A DNA stretch of 37,576 nt. It comes from Candidatus Omnitrophota bacterium. GTDB taxonomy: Bacteria; Ratteibacteria; UBA8468; MWAK01. Location: assembly GCA_043797665.1 (NCBI GenBank), contig JAZDPL010000067.1, positions 1 to 37,576 on the forward strand, given 5' to 3'. The position numbers and the translations under genes are program-made. Positions 8,593-20,100 of this stretch are shown here, in pieces. Position 1 is the first letter of the stretch, and every line of letters starts with the position of its first letter. The notes under the pieces are model-generated. The model saw nothing but the letters and a program-made list of their open reading frames with translations, searched no databases and had not been told where the DNA came from.

Positions 8593-11178
8593 TCAACACG
8601 ACCAGATCCTGACGCCGAAGATTCCTGACTTCAGGTTTTCTCTATCGTAGTCTTCGGTCATGGCGTAATAGCAATTCTCGTAGTGAAACTCCTTCAATTT
8701 CTTTTTGAAATCAGAAGACCGGGCTAAATTGGCAAGGGTATTGCCAACCAGTATTTCCAATCGGTTTTTCCCCGGTAACAAATAATGTTTGTTTATTTGC
8801 AATTTATAAGGTTTATCCAGGAGCGTTCCGATTTTTCTGCCGTTCACCATTACTTCAGCGTTATGGTTAATCTGCACGAATTGAATCTGGATATCGTCTT
8901 TCAGATTGGATAGGGTGAATTCATTTTTGTATTTTACAATTCCGGTGAAGGTTTCACCGAACGTTTCCGACCAGTCTTTCAATGTATTGGTTTTAACCTG
9001 TTGCGAAGGAGTAGTGTAACTAAATCCCTCCTTCCGGGTCCACGTCGTCTTGCTCACCATGGAAATTGTCCAGTCTCCGTCAAAATCCAGTTCTTTTCCC
9101 TGTTTTTTTGCAACCAATGTTCCGGTTGGTATCTTTCCGGCTTGAAAAAGTTTTGACCTTTTATCCGCTATTACGACACAGAGCGCCTCTGACGGATTAA
9201 GAGCAATCCTCAGTTCCGTTTTAAAAACGGCGTTTCCCGCGCCGCATCTTTCCATCTTGCGAATCTGGCCGTTTTCAAGGTCTATCCGGAAAATATCGCC
9301 CATTTCCCTTAATTTTATGGTACCTCTATAGGTCTCCCTGGTGCTCTCGTTGAAAAAGTAATACAATGAACCTCCGGTAATTCCCCTCTTAATAAACCTC
9401 ATGTGCCTGAATTTGCCGAAATCAACCATGGCATCCACCTTATTGTTCAGTCCGCGATACATCGTCAGGCCATAGTCTGCTATTTGCATACGTTTCGAAT
9501 CGTACGATAAGGCAGCGGGCTTGTATTTTATCGCGCCCTTTATGTCCAGGTATTTCGGCGTATATACCGGTATTTTACCGGCCAGTTTTTCAAAAAAGGC
9601 TTTTTCATTTTGGTTGAGTTTCGTATCGTTACAGAGATAGATTTTTTTATAGAGCATTTTTCCCTGCCTCAGACCGTTACCGACCATTCCGGCGTTTTCC
9701 ATGTCCATACTGCTGAAAAGGTCAAAATCAACGCCATGAATCTGAAGATAAACCATCAGAGATTCAAAACTATCGTTCAGTCTTTTATTCTTTTCCCTCC
9801 ACAGGGTTGAAATCGGATATAACACGGCTGTGTCTATGTCCGGTCGGCCCAGGCTTGTCAGATAGCAGGCGCGGGCGGCATAATCGGCAAAGGGCTTGTA
9901 AAATTCCCACTGGGGATTGCCTTTGCCCTGATAAGAGCAGGTGCTCACCACCGCACCGTTTTTTGTCGAATAATTAAGGCTTGCCGGTACGAACATATTG
10001 ATTCCCCGTACTATGTGGTAGTTAACCAACCACTTCATTTCTGCCAGGGTAAGCCCGAATCCAAATGCATCAAAAATTTCACATAACGCATACCGGGAGT
10101 TTTTTTGATGTGCCGCGCTGGAAGCGAGTTTGGGGAAATTGCTGTTGTAGCGAATAAAATCATACGATTTTGTATTCTGACGGCGGCGTTCTTTGTCGGG
10201 GAAAATCTGGCGGGTAACGACGTCAATGCCCGGAACATCAAACTGCTTCAGTTGATACAGATAGTCGCCGCCGCCCCGCAGGTTTGCATCAAGAAAGTCA
10301 TCGTTGTTGAGGTGTCCCATGAGATACACCCCATGCCGCCGGCACCAAACGCGGAGCGGCTTGAGATAATTGTCGGCAAAAAGGGTGGTAACGAGGTCTG
10401 CAAAATCCTCCCGTACCTTTTGTGCTTCCGGCCCGTTTCCGGAGTCGTACGCGAACAGATATTTCAGCCGCGGCAGGAGAATATAACCGTATCTTTTTTT
10501 AAAGAACGCAGGGAAATCCTGTCTCCATGGAATCCCAGGCTGTTCATAGTATGTATTTCTGATCCGAAAGATTCCGTTGATGCACCCGGCATACCTCACC
10601 TCGTCGGTGAAAAAACCGATGATTGTTTTTCCGAACTCGTTGCCGAAATGCTGGAAGTATGGCTCATAAGTGATTTTGAGGAATGTTTCCGTTGTTTCTT
10701 TTCTCAATAAATCTACCGGATAATCTCCCCCCGGTTCTTCGTAGAACCAATCCTCCGAATCCCGGTGAATAACGCGGCAACATTTATGTTTGGGCGTTTT
10801 CCCCTTCCTGAACTTCTTCAGGACAAGGGGGCGGAGAGCCGGGTTTGCCTTTATGACCTTGTCCCCCGCCTTCCCTGAAGGACAAAATACATCGTCCCAT
10901 ACCCAGATTTTCATGTTCTGTTTCCGGCATTCGTCCACAATCACGCCATACTGTTTAAAATAATCTTTCGATAGATATTCCACGTTCATTCCCGCTCCGG
11001 GAAAACAATGGTGGTTTTTTGTTATGGGTATAGGCATGACTCCACCGATGCCCTTTTTCTTCATTTCCGCTATTTGTCTTCGGGTCTCATCTTCATCAAA
11101 CTCTCCGTTCAGATACCACATCGGTACCAGCCGGAAGAAACTATCCGGGTTCGATATTTTTTTTGATATCAGGGACAT
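8593..11178 (-). CDS. GH106 alpha-L-rhamnosidase-like glycoside hydrolase
   Basis: PMWYLNG, WVWDD..PSGKAG, GFFTDE, GHL..DD, VPGID, PKLASSAAH, CEIF and RGIN motifs, plus a C-terminal beta-sandwich (NRLEILVGNT); ATG 11178 overlaps the upstream TAA. Confidence 0.75.
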   Translation of the reverse strand: MSLISKKISNPDSFFRLVPMWYLNGEFDEDETRRQIAEMKKKGIGGVMPIPITKNHHCFPGAGMNVEYLSKDYFKQYGVIVDECRKQNMKIWVWDDVFCPSGKAGDKVIKANPALRPLVLKKFRKGKTPKHKCCRVIHRDSEDWFYEEPGGDYPVDLLRKETTETFLKITYEPYFQHFGNEFGKTIIGFFTDEVRYAGCINGIFRIRNTYYEQPGIPWRQDFPAFFKKRYGYILLPRLKYLFAYDSGNGPEAQKVREDFADLVTTLFADNYLKPLRVWCRRHGVYLMGHLNNDDFLDANLRGGGDYLYQLKQFDVPGIDVVTRQIFPDKERRRQNTKSYDFIRYNSNFPKLASSAAHQKNSRYALCEIFDAFGFGLTLAEMKWLVNYHIVRGINMFVPASLNYSTKNGAVVSTCSYQGKGNPQWEFYKPFADYAARACYLTSLGRPDIDTAVLYPISTLWREKNKRLNDSFESLMVYLQIHGVDFDLFSSMDMENAGMVGNGLRQGKMLYKKIYLCNDTKLNQNEKAFFEKLAGKIPVYTPKYLDIKGAIKYKPAALSYDSKRMQIADYGLTMYRGLNNKVDAMVDFGKFRHMRFIKRGITGGSLYYFFNESTRETYRGTIKLREMGDIFRIDLENGQIRKMERCGAGNAVFKTELRIALNPSEALCVVIADKRSKLFQAGKIPTGTLVAKKQGKELDFDGDWTISMVSKTTWTRKEGFSYTTPSQQVKTNTLKDWSETFGETFTGIVKYKNEFTLSNLKDDIQIQFVQINHNAEVMVNGRKIGTLLDKPYKLQINKHYLLPGKNRLEILVGNTLANLARSSDFKKKLKEFHYENCYYAMTEDYDRENLKSGIFGVRIWSC

Positions 11179-12227
11179 TATTCCCCTCCTCTTCCATATT
11201 TCCAGAAGGCAGCACATAATGCCCTGATATTCTCTATCGGCATATCGCCTGACAACTCTGCCCGACCGATAAATCCACCCTCTTTTGCTCGAAAAATATC
11301 CAGGCTCTCCTTAATATACTTATCAACTTCATCTGGTGTTCCAAACGGCAAAATCTTCTGCCGGTCAAAATCGGCCAGAACTGCTATCTTCAATTCCCTT
11401 AATTGGGCGGCGAATTCTCGCAAATTATAGCAAGAAAACTGGGGCCAGAGCACCTTTACGCCTATCTCCGCAAGGTCAGGAAAAATCTCCGTGATGAATC
11501 CACAACTATGAAACCAGATATCAAGCCCTCCGGCTCTGACGGCGTCAAACATTTTTTTATAGCGGGGCTTGAAAACCTTGCGCCATACTTCCGGTCTGAT
11601 CATTAGTCTATCCTGCGTACCCCAATCATCCGAGAAAATAATCGCCTCGGCAGAGGTTGCTATTGCCCATTGAATCCAGCCCATATTATACTCAACCACC
11701 ATATCCAGAAGTTCTTCTACAAAAGGGTCCCCAGCCGCAATGTCCAGAAGCAGATGCTCGTAGCCGCGCAGGTAATGCATCCGCTCAAAGGTGGGCCGAA
11801 ATTGGGTAACCGCATAGTGGTCAGTGCGGTATTTTAACTGATGCTCTCTTTCTTTGATAAAGCCCGGATCATTCGAGTCCAAAAACGGGGGCAAGGGCGG
11901 TCGGTAGGTTCGCAAAAAGTTCTCATCGGAAAAAACAAACGGCTCCATTACCATACCGCCAATCCCAAAATTCCGAAAAAGCCGGGTACAACCCCATTCA
12001 TCCTTCTCTATTTTGTAATATTGACCGTTCTTGAAATCCTTCGGGTCTGGTTTCTGAATATCGACTTCAGTATATGGAGTTTCCCGAAAGTCATCCGGAT
12101 GGCCGTTTAGAATATTAAGTAATTCTCTGCCGTACTTCCAGGCGCTGGGTGTGAGGCTATGCATATAAGGCACTTTATCCAATGGCTGGAAATTGATGGC
12201 GGCTAAAATTCGCTCTCGCGCATTCAT
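11178..12227 (-). CDS. Uroporphyrinogen decarboxylase (URO-D/MtaA-like) family protein 1
   Basis: MNARER start, DEWG, LRGYE, SDDWGTQ, FHSCG, GTPDEV, MPIENI. Confidence 0.85.
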   Translation of the reverse strand: MNARERILAAINFQPLDKVPYMHSLTPSAWKYGRELLNILNGHPDDFRETPYTEVDIQKPDPKDFKNGQYYKIEKDEWGCTRLFRNFGIGGMVMEPFVFSDENFLRTYRPPLPPFLDSNDPGFIKEREHQLKYRTDHYAVTQFRPTFERMHYLRGYEHLLLDIAAGDPFVEELLDMVVEYNMGWIQWAIATSAEAIIFSDDWGTQDRLMIRPEVWRKVFKPRYKKMFDAVRAGGLDIWFHSCGFITEIFPDLAEIGVKVLWPQFSCYNLREFAAQLRELKIAVLADFDRQKILPFGTPDEVDKYIKESLDIFRAKEGGFIGRAELSGDMPIENIRALCAAFWKYGRGGE

Positions 12228-12243
12228 ATTTTATCTTCCCCTC

Positions 12244-14874
12244 TTACGATGTTGCCGGTAATCCCGTATATTCACTACTACTTCTCCCAATCCAAATCCG
12301 AGTTCCATCTTTTAACTTGAGCATCTTTGGTCCGGGCACAACCTTCCCTTCTGGCACCGTCCGCCTTTTCATAATATCTATCTCTTTCTTATCTTCCGAT
12401 AATATAACCCTATCACCCACAGACGTCTTTAGAACGATTATATCTCCGGGACATTTCATCTCTATCGAACCGGAATTATACCTTAGATAAATCTCGTTAC
12501 CCTTCCACGGATTTTTAACTTTTACTTTTCCGGAGTTTTGACTTTCTACAACTACGTATTTTACCTTACCGGCTTCAATTTCAGATGAGACAAGAACTGC
12601 TCCTTTTGCCCTTAACCTATAAAATCGACCACCAAGTTTCTTGGGATAGCATGGGAAAATCCGGATTATGCCGTCATAACTCTGAATAAGCATCTCTTCA
12701 ATTACCATCATATAGGCACTACTTCCTTCCAGAATCGGAGATATTTCGCGCTTGCCTTCTTTTCTCTTTGTACATTCACCCTGATGTCCACACCACACTT
12801 CCCTTGATGACATCCTCTCTCCACAATCATTCAGAAAAGACCTGGGTAGCCTTTCTATATTCTTTTCACTATCATTTGGTGAACAAACGACTACCGGATT
12901 ATGAGAAAGTAAACCATTCGGTTTTAGAAAACACCTTAATCCATCATGGAACAGAGAATTCCAGGCCTCCTTCTTCAGACCCAACCTTAATGCAGTTATG
13001 ATAGAGAAAAACCATGTCCACAAACAAATAAAATGATAACCTCGTTTATCAGCGTATGAAATGTGGGCGGCCCTTTGGAAATTTGTACGATATGTTTTCA
13101 GGGCTATCTTGCGCAGATTTTCCGGGCTATCCATACCTATTTCACCACAGGGGAATGTGGGATACATCCCTCCGGATTGGCCAACATAGTGCTCCACAGG
13201 GATTTCATCCGCTTCTTTAAAGATACCGTCTTCCACCGGATACTCTGGAAAGTTCTTCAGGAAATCCTCCCACTTCCTTTTCTCGTCTTCAGCCACGTCC
13301 AAGATTTGAGCCGCCTCAATCGCTTTTTTCAGTAATACTTTCAGCAAAGACAATGTAAATGTCGGATTACCACAGTCAAGCCAGGGTATCTCAGGTGCCT
13401 GGGAAGGGTATAATCTATATTTACCGTCTTTACCTGTTGTCTTATACTGGTAAAAAAAGGTCAGTACCTCTTTGATAAAAGGATAGACCTTTTCCTTTAA
13501 TAAGACCTTATCCTGGGTATAGTCATGTCCCCAGCAGAAGATAAGTCCCAAATACGGACCACCACACTGTATCAGTTTTCCCCAGCCACCCGCGTTATCT
13601 TTACCATTGGGACCACCACAACCCTGCAAATATGCCCCATCTAAGCCGTAGACTTTTCGGGCTGTTTTCCTTGCTTCCGGTATCATTCTGAGGAATGTCT
13701 CATAAAAAGGTTCCGCAATCTCCGGATGATTAGCCGCAAAAACAGGCATAGGCGGTATCTGGGCATTAAGGTCGTTAACATACATACCTGCCCACGGAAG
13801 AAGTTGTCTGGGTTCACCTGTGGGGCCAAACCATAGGCCAAGGAGTCCTGGCACAGGAGCCTTACGATAGCAACTGGCAAGCTGATAGAGTGATAGATAC
13901 CAGAGTTCCTCGAGGAATTTATCGTCCAACTCAATAAACGATTTTGTCCAGAAGTCTCGCCACCATTCCTTGTGTTCTTTTAATAACCCCTCAAATCCTG
14001 TTCTTGATGCTTCATCTACTATCCTTTTGGCCGTCTTTTCCGGGGCGGGACTCTCTTTAGAGGTTACTACGGATACGTAGATTTCAAAATCTCCTCCTAT
14101 TTCTGCCTTAATTATTGTTCCGGCTACTTTTGCGATTACGGCTTTATCTGGAGCAGGCCAATACTTCTTCCTCACGTTCTTTTTGACCCAGTCCCATTCT
14201 CCGGTTGAGGAGATTTCTGTGGGTACTACCTTGGCCACCATTACATATCTTTCTCCATAAGAAGGCAGCTCCTGCTCGATTATCATTTTGTTACCTTCTG
14301 CCCTTAGTTTCGGTTTGGCTAAGGTGACATCTTCATCTTTATAGAGATGTAGTTCATTACGCCAGCCAAAGGGAGAAACATTTTTCACCCTGGTGACCAA
14401 TACGTTTCTATTTGCCGATATGAAACTATCCAACCTCGGATGGTCCATGTGTTTGTCCATCTCCATGCTCACCCTTGCCTCGTAAAGGTGTAACCGCTGT
14501 TTTATCGCTGGTGCCGGGCTCAGTAATATCCCTGAATGTCCTGTTTTCGTTATCCTTAGCTGACCGCATGTCTTCGGTGTAGGATACTGGCCAGACGAAG
14601 AGCCCGGAGATTCTAATTCGTCTAACTTTTGGCTGGTGAGACCCTTTTTCAGCCCTTCTTTTACTTCTTCTATGGTCAATACCTTCTTCCTCTTCGGATG
14701 TCGTTCATCCCACACATCCACTTTGTTTATCGTCCATTCTGGATAGGAAGGTGCATAGACCAAAGCTCCCATGTCTCCGTTACCGATGGGAAAGCCATCC
14801 TGCCAGATTTGCGGAGCTTCTTCATAGATTAAATCGTGTTGCTCCAGAAGACTATTCCAGTCTATTTTCATCAT
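12244..14874 (-). CDS. Divergent GH95-like (alpha/alpha)6 glycoside hydrolase 1
   Basis: WQDGFPIGNGDMG N-terminal motif, HKEWWRDFW, PGLLGLW, QAPE, MLIQS...IRIFP, LRAKGA; no signal peptide. Confidence 0.75.
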   Translation of the reverse strand: MMKIDWNSLLEQHDLIYEEAPQIWQDGFPIGNGDMGALVYAPSYPEWTINKVDVWDERHPKRKKVLTIEEVKEGLKKGLTSQKLDELESPGSSSGQYPTPKTCGQLRITKTGHSGILLSPAPAIKQRLHLYEARVSMEMDKHMDHPRLDSFISANRNVLVTRVKNVSPFGWRNELHLYKDEDVTLAKPKLRAEGNKMIIEQELPSYGERYVMVAKVVPTEISSTGEWDWVKKNVRKKYWPAPDKAVIAKVAGTIIKAEIGGDFEIYVSVVTSKESPAPEKTAKRIVDEASRTGFEGLLKEHKEWWRDFWTKSFIELDDKFLEELWYLSLYQLASCYRKAPVPGLLGLWFGPTGEPRQLLPWAGMYVNDLNAQIPPMPVFAANHPEIAEPFYETFLRMIPEARKTARKVYGLDGAYLQGCGGPNGKDNAGGWGKLIQCGGPYLGLIFCWGHDYTQDKVLLKEKVYPFIKEVLTFFYQYKTTGKDGKYRLYPSQAPEIPWLDCGNPTFTLSLLKVLLKKAIEAAQILDVAEDEKRKWEDFLKNFPEYPVEDGIFKEADEIPVEHYVGQSGGMYPTFPCGEIGMDSPENLRKIALKTYRTNFQRAAHISYADKRGYHFICLWTWFFSIITALRLGLKKEAWNSLFHDGLRCFLKPNGLLSHNPVVVCSPNDSEKNIERLPRSFLNDCGERMSSREVWCGHQGECTKRKEGKREISPILEGSSAYMMVIEEMLIQSYDGIIRIFPCYPKKLGGRFYRLRAKGAVLVSSEIEAGKVKYVVVESQNSGKVKVKNPWKGNEIYLRYNSGSIEMKCPGDIIVLKTSVGDRVILSEDKKEIDIMKRRTVPEGKVVPGPKMLKLKDGTRIWIGRSSSEYTGLPATS

Positions 14875-14897
14875 TTTCCTCCGGATTTAATACCCCT

Positions 14898-15956
14898 TTA
14901 CTTTCCGTCAGAGGGAACGAGCAATTTGGCCAGAAGTTCTTCTAACTGAGCATGAAGTTTGACCATTCTGGGAAGAAAAGACTGCCAGCCTGCCGGTCCA
15001 AAATCCGATAGTTTCCCCAACTCTTTTTGCAACGATTCTACCTCGTTAAAAAGAGTACTTGACCTGGCGATAAGAGGGCTATCGTTGGATACCCTGGGCA
15101 GTAAAACACGGCACTGTTCAAGTACGGAGGAAATATCGGTTAACCGGTGATACAACCCCTTGCCATATTCTTCGTAAACAAAAAGGCTTTCACCAATATT
15201 GGATTCGCTGGTATGGGAAGGAGAGCAGGCAGAGGCCAGACGAATAACCTTCTCCAGAAGTTTTGCGTCTTCTCCGAAAGCAAGAAAACCAAAACACTCT
15301 TTGGCATTACTCAATGCTCCCGGAGAGGTAGTAGCGGCTATCCAGTTGCCGTCTGACCAGTCAAAACGAATCAGGGCGAAGGTCCAGATATCACCCTCTT
15401 TGGGTTTCTTCCCCAAGTCTTTCCACGGAATCATTACTTCCACTCCCCACCCTTCTTGAGTAGTATTTGCTTTTGCCTTCCACCCCTTTTCTTCTTCCGG
15501 CGCCCAGGTGGAACTGCGACTGCCCAGACTGTCTTTACGGTCATCAGCCTGTGTTCCCAGGGAATTTACCACAAAATAATTGAAGGAGACCGGTGTATTA
15601 TCCGGGTCAATATATATCTCCAAGGAATCATCACTCCAAAGAGCCATATCTCCCCGCCGGGTTACCTCGGCCCTGAGTCTTTTGATGTCCTTTTTGAAAC
15701 AGAAAACATCGATATAGAGCGCATCTTCGTCAAAGCCTAATTTAAGAGAAGTCTCTAATTTCGTATCCGGTGTGCCACCTCTGAGATAGGGCAGGACTGC
15801 GGTTTCTATCTCTTTCCAGCAGGGGTCATCTAACCTGCCATCCAGTTGTGGAAGTTCTTTAAGCCGCTGGCAAGGGAGGATAGTCAGTTCACCTGCGGAT
15901 AAAGGTCGCGCCAAGAAGAGAGAACTTAATACAAGTAAAAGAAATTTTTGCCGCAT
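14898..15956 (-). CDS. Secreted CBM9/DOMON-like sugar-binding protein with helical C-terminal tail (a)
   Basis: Signal peptide from ATG 15956 (AGAGGA RBS); PQLDGRLDDPCW, DDSLEIYIDP, WGVEVMIPW. Confidence 0.78.
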   Translation of the reverse strand: MRQKFLLLVLSSLFLARPLSAGELTILPCQRLKELPQLDGRLDDPCWKEIETAVLPYLRGGTPDTKLETSLKLGFDEDALYIDVFCFKKDIKRLRAEVTRRGDMALWSDDSLEIYIDPDNTPVSFNYFVVNSLGTQADDRKDSLGSRSSTWAPEEEKGWKAKANTTQEGWGVEVMIPWKDLGKKPKEGDIWTFALIRFDWSDGNWIAATTSPGALSNAKECFGFLAFGEDAKLLEKVIRLASACSPSHTSESNIGESLFVYEEYGKGLYHRLTDISSVLEQCRVLLPRVSNDSPLIARSSTLFNEVESLQKELGKLSDFGPAGWQSFLPRMVKLHAQLEELLAKLLVPSDGK

Positions 15957-15973
15957 TATATCCTCTATGCTCC

Positions 15974-16138
15974 GGTGTCTGGTTCGCAAAACAGAGCTTC
16001 GTGTCAGACAAAACTACGCAATTCGGGACGGAGCCTCTCCGTGTTCTCACTACACTACAGGTGAGCCTCGGATACTCCCTTCCCTCATTTTGCTTGTTTT
16101 GTTACTGACACTTTCGCAAGTTTTGTTCACCAGACCCC
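15974..16138. repeat. ~160-bp imperfect palindromic element (MITE-like or structured RNA)
   Basis: Nested complementary blocks GTCTGGT/ACCAGAC, GTGTCAG/CTGACAC, ACAAAAC/GTTTTGT and GCAA/TTGC, with internal hairpins ACGGAG-cct-CTCCGT and CTCAC...GTGAG. Confidence 0.6.
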
Positions 16139-16157
16139 CTCGCTTTTATAAAATTGT

Positions 16158-17198
16158 TTATTGCGTTTGTATTAGAATTTGCAAAAGGATTTCTGTTCGC
16201 ACCTTTACCAACCGTTCTTCTAACGCAGACAACCTTTGAAACTGTCCCGGTGATTGGGTAGTATCTTGTTGCAGTGAATTTAATTCCGGGATTATAAAAC
16301 TGAGTTTTTCTTTAATCCCCGGAGGCAATTCGTTTGCCGGAAGCATTGCCTGACACTCTAACAAAATTGTTTTCAAATATCGGATTTTTCTCCGGCAGAT
16401 GCTCTGGAGATTATCACAGCGGAGGACTCCTTTCGGTAAAAGGAACTCAACACCTTCCGCTAATGGCAAATCCCGGGATACCAACGCGGTGGCTACTCCT
16501 CTTAAAAGGCGCTCCGGGCTTGTTCCAAAACACAAAAACGCATAGTTCTTTTTATCATATTCCGGTTGGCACATAGAGATGCTGAAATTAAGGACCCGTG
16601 ATTTGTTAGTGACGCAGGCACGCAGAAATCCAAAGGTCCAGATATCTCCTTTCTGCGGTTGATGATCTCCCAAATCCTTATAGGGAATTACCACTTCCAG
16701 ACTCCATCCATCTTTTTCCCGGTGCATAGCACCGGTACGAGTAGGCTCAGAGACTATCTCATTGGGCCCCGGGACCTCATGTTTGACAAAGACTGCGCCT
16801 ATCGGGCCGTAAGAGTAAAAGACAAGGTCATAGACTCCCCCGCTCAATTTACCATCCGGGTCAAACATGAAATGGAGCCAATCCTCTCTCCAACATTCAT
16901 CTTCTGACACTCCTGCAATCTTTGAGGAGCAAAATAGCCCTATGTAGAGTGCCTCCTGGTCAAAGCCCAACTTCAGTGTGGTTTCAGCCTCAGCCGCCGG
17001 GTAAGGAAAGGGGTGAGCCAAAGAGAAAAAGTCGGTCGTGGCCGGGCCCTCTTTCCAGCAGGCATCGTCTAAAATTCCGTCTATCTTCGGTGGAGAAGAG
17101 ATATAAGGACAACCCACGATAGTTATGGATTCTCCATAAACCGCACCGGTTGCAAACACCCAGATTAACAAAGACCCCACCAGAAATATTTTCCTCAT
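16158..17198 (-). CDS. Secreted CBM9/DOMON-like protein with helical tail (b)
   Basis: Signal peptide; PPKIDGILDDACW, EDWLHFMFDP, WSLEVVIPY; ATGA overlap with the upstream gene. Confidence 0.75.
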   Translation of the reverse strand: MRKIFLVGSLLIWVFATGAVYGESITIVGCPYISSPPKIDGILDDACWKEGPATTDFFSLAHPFPYPAAEAETTLKLGFDQEALYIGLFCSSKIAGVSEDECWREDWLHFMFDPDGKLSGGVYDLVFYSYGPIGAVFVKHEVPGPNEIVSEPTRTGAMHREKDGWSLEVVIPYKDLGDHQPQKGDIWTFGFLRACVTNKSRVLNFSISMCQPEYDKKNYAFLCFGTSPERLLRGVATALVSRDLPLAEGVEFLLPKGVLRCDNLQSICRRKIRYLKTILLECQAMLPANELPPGIKEKLSFIIPELNSLQQDTTQSPGQFQRLSALEERLVKVRTEILLQILIQTQ

Positions 17199-20100
17199 TT
17201 TATCAACACTGCCGTCTGTCCGTATAGACCGGTTGCTACATCCTTAAACTGCAGGAGGTATTTCCCGGCCGGGTCATTTAAGGCGAAATGGAATAGACCT
17301 TCGTACTTACCTCCGGGAGCAGGTATGTTTCGCGCCAGGTACGGAATTTCCTTTCCGTCAGGACCAATGACGGTAAGCCTGAAGAGATGCCGGCCTGGTT
17401 TGCCGGATTCGGTTTTGAGTTCAGCCGAAATGGGGATATTCCGGCCAGAGGGTTCCTGGGCAACAACATCTATGCTCTTCACCCGATAGGGCAAAAACGA
17501 CAATAGTTTAGCCCGACAGCAGGCCAGGGGAATTTTGGCCTCGCCTTTACCACCTATGTATTTCCCTTCTCTGACGTCATAAATCTCGGCAGACCGGTCA
17601 AGATTAATCTTTACTTCTAAAGGAGGTTTACCGCGTTCTTCACGAAGCAGTAGCAGGTAAGAAGCTTCGCCGTCCTCAAAGACCGTTCCTGATACGACAG
17701 AGACCGGATTGCCATCTGACTGGCTGAGCGCATACTTCGGTGTGACTCCCACTTCTTTCAAAATTCCCAATAAGGCGGCTTTTTTTTGATTCCCTTGCTC
17801 AGAACGCCGGACCTGAAGGTAGCCCCGAAGGAGATTTCCCAGATAGACTCCCCTTCCCTTTCCTACCACCTGATGATGTAAATCCTTTTTTTCCGGGAAG
17901 AGTTCTGACAGGGAACTTGCCGGAAGGGTTTTACCGTGTTCGTCCATAATCCCGGGCGAAAAGTCTGCTATTATTATGCCGCCTGCCCGGGCAAAGTTCA
18001 GGATAGCCTTAGCCTCTTCCGGACTGATGGCCTGGCTGTAGGAAAGAAAAAGAACCCTGGCTGAGTTCTTAAGGTCTCCCCGGCAGACCTGTTCCGGGGA
18101 GAGCAATCGGTAATTGAGTCCTGAGTCACCCAGAATTTTAATCAGGTCACTCCGGGCATCGGCCCAGGTAGTTTCAGGATGGTTAAATTCAGAGACCAGC
18201 ATAGAGGAATAGGAATAGAGTATCCTTATGCCGTCATCCCGGCGTTTTGAGTTCAACAGCAGTTTGCCTATTCCTCTTTTAATCTCCCTTACCTCCTCCA
18301 TCGTCTCTCCAAAATGGACCTCAGGTTCTTCCAGAGAGGGGGTAAGAGCCATCATGTTTCCCTGACAGAGATTGCCGTCGTAAGCTACCCACCATTCGTT
18401 TCCGTTGCATCCCCAGGCTAAGGAGAGCCAGGGCTGTAGTCGCATGTTGTCCTCAAAATAGGAAGGTGGATAAGTGCCGTAAACCGGTGCCAGGTAGAAC
18501 CCAGGTGGAGAGAAAGAGGCGACCTCCGGGATATCGGAAACACCGCCGCCTTCCCATGGATTACCAGGTATAGAGCCGGCCACTGAATTTAGACGGTAGG
18601 GGTCATTTCCGAAATAGGGTTCCAGATTGCTCCCGAAGAATACCGGAATGGTGCGCGGGTCACTTTGTCGGGTGGCACGAGCCATCTCAATATGGAAATC
18701 AGTCCAGCCTTCGGTCATATGCAGCCTGTGGTCAATCCAGCGGGGATATTGCCCTTTTTCTTTCGCCTCTTTGAAAGTAATGGGAGTACATTCGGAGAAA
18801 TCCTTGTAATCTGTTCCCCAGGATTGATTTAGACTGGCAATATCACCGTAACTCTTCTTTAAAAAACCTTGAAAGTCTTTTAAGGATGCCGGACAGAAAC
18901 AGCGGTCGGTCTTATTAAAATCTAGTCCATCTTCCTCAGAAAGGCAGTAACTTAAGGGTGCAAATGGAGCTAACAGAGAAACCTGTTCTTGAATCCTGGA
19001 AAATAGTCCTTGAGCAAAGTCAGGGGCAAAGAGACATTTACCGGGACAGAGAGGATTACCTGTCTTATCTTTTTCGCCGGGAGAAAGGCCCCAACCACAA
19101 TACGAGGACATATAAGGAAGTACCCTGAGGTTCAGCCGGGAAAGTACCCAGGCTTGCTGGCTCAGAATATCAGGGACGGTCCACAAAGCCCCGAAGAAGA
19201 TACCATCCACCCCTAATTCCTGTAATTTCTTAAGGCGGTAGTGATTGACCGGTGTATCTTTGACCTGGGCCCAGGCATGAAACTGATAGTCATCATTACC
19301 CCGGAGAGGCATTAAAAATTCGGCTCTATCTTCAGAGATTACCCCTTTCTTATCTTCTATTATTGTCTTGATGATGTAACTCTGGGTGACAGGGTCAGGG
19401 ATTCTCAACGAAAACGGTTGTACAGTTCCTTTCTCTTTCCGCACATCCTTTACCAAAAGGCGGCCCAGATTATCCCAAACTTTTACTGACAATTGGGTTT
19501 CAGGTAGAAGTTCACCAGCCAATAAGACCTTCCCCTTTACTTCCTCTCCCCGGTCAAAACTGACCTTATCCAGGGTTATCGAGGGTGGTTCACACTCTGC
19601 CTTCACATTAAAAGGGATGATGGCCCAGTCAACCACTTTACCTTCTCGTTTCAGCCATACTTCCAAGTAGTGCCTTCCACCCGGGAGTATCGGCAACTCA
19701 ATGGTACCGCCAAGTAACGGTTCAATTTTAATTTCTTCTATTCTTCCTTTTCCTTCTATTTCGTTGTAGGGATTACGGATTATCCACTCTAACGCGGTGG
19801 GGGGTTTGACGTTGCCTTCAACCCAAAAACGAACCTTAGCCTTTTCTCTTATCCACCAGTGCTGCCGGTCAGCACCGGTGGGCCAGGGGTTGAAAAGAGT
19901 CTCTTCTTTCTGTAATCGTGCCCGTTCAATCTCTACCTGAGGCAAGGCGAACCAACGAAATCGCGTGTCCCCTTCTGCACAACCCGCCCAGAGGATAGAC
20001 CTGATTACTAAACTCAGATAGTAGTCATAAACCGGTGAACCGGTTGGATAGGGTGATTCGCTACGGCCATTCGGTTGAAGAAGATATACCGGGGTAAGAG

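Noticed and set aside
11178..12227. hemE assignment for the URO-D proteins
   Set aside because: The N-terminal RQAGR motif of true HemE is absent in both copies, and there are no hem genes nearby.
15974..16138. 6S, SRP or tRNA identity for the long hairpin
   Set aside because: No SRP domain IV motif, tRNA arms or convincing 6S central bubble was recognised; it is left as an unclassified element.
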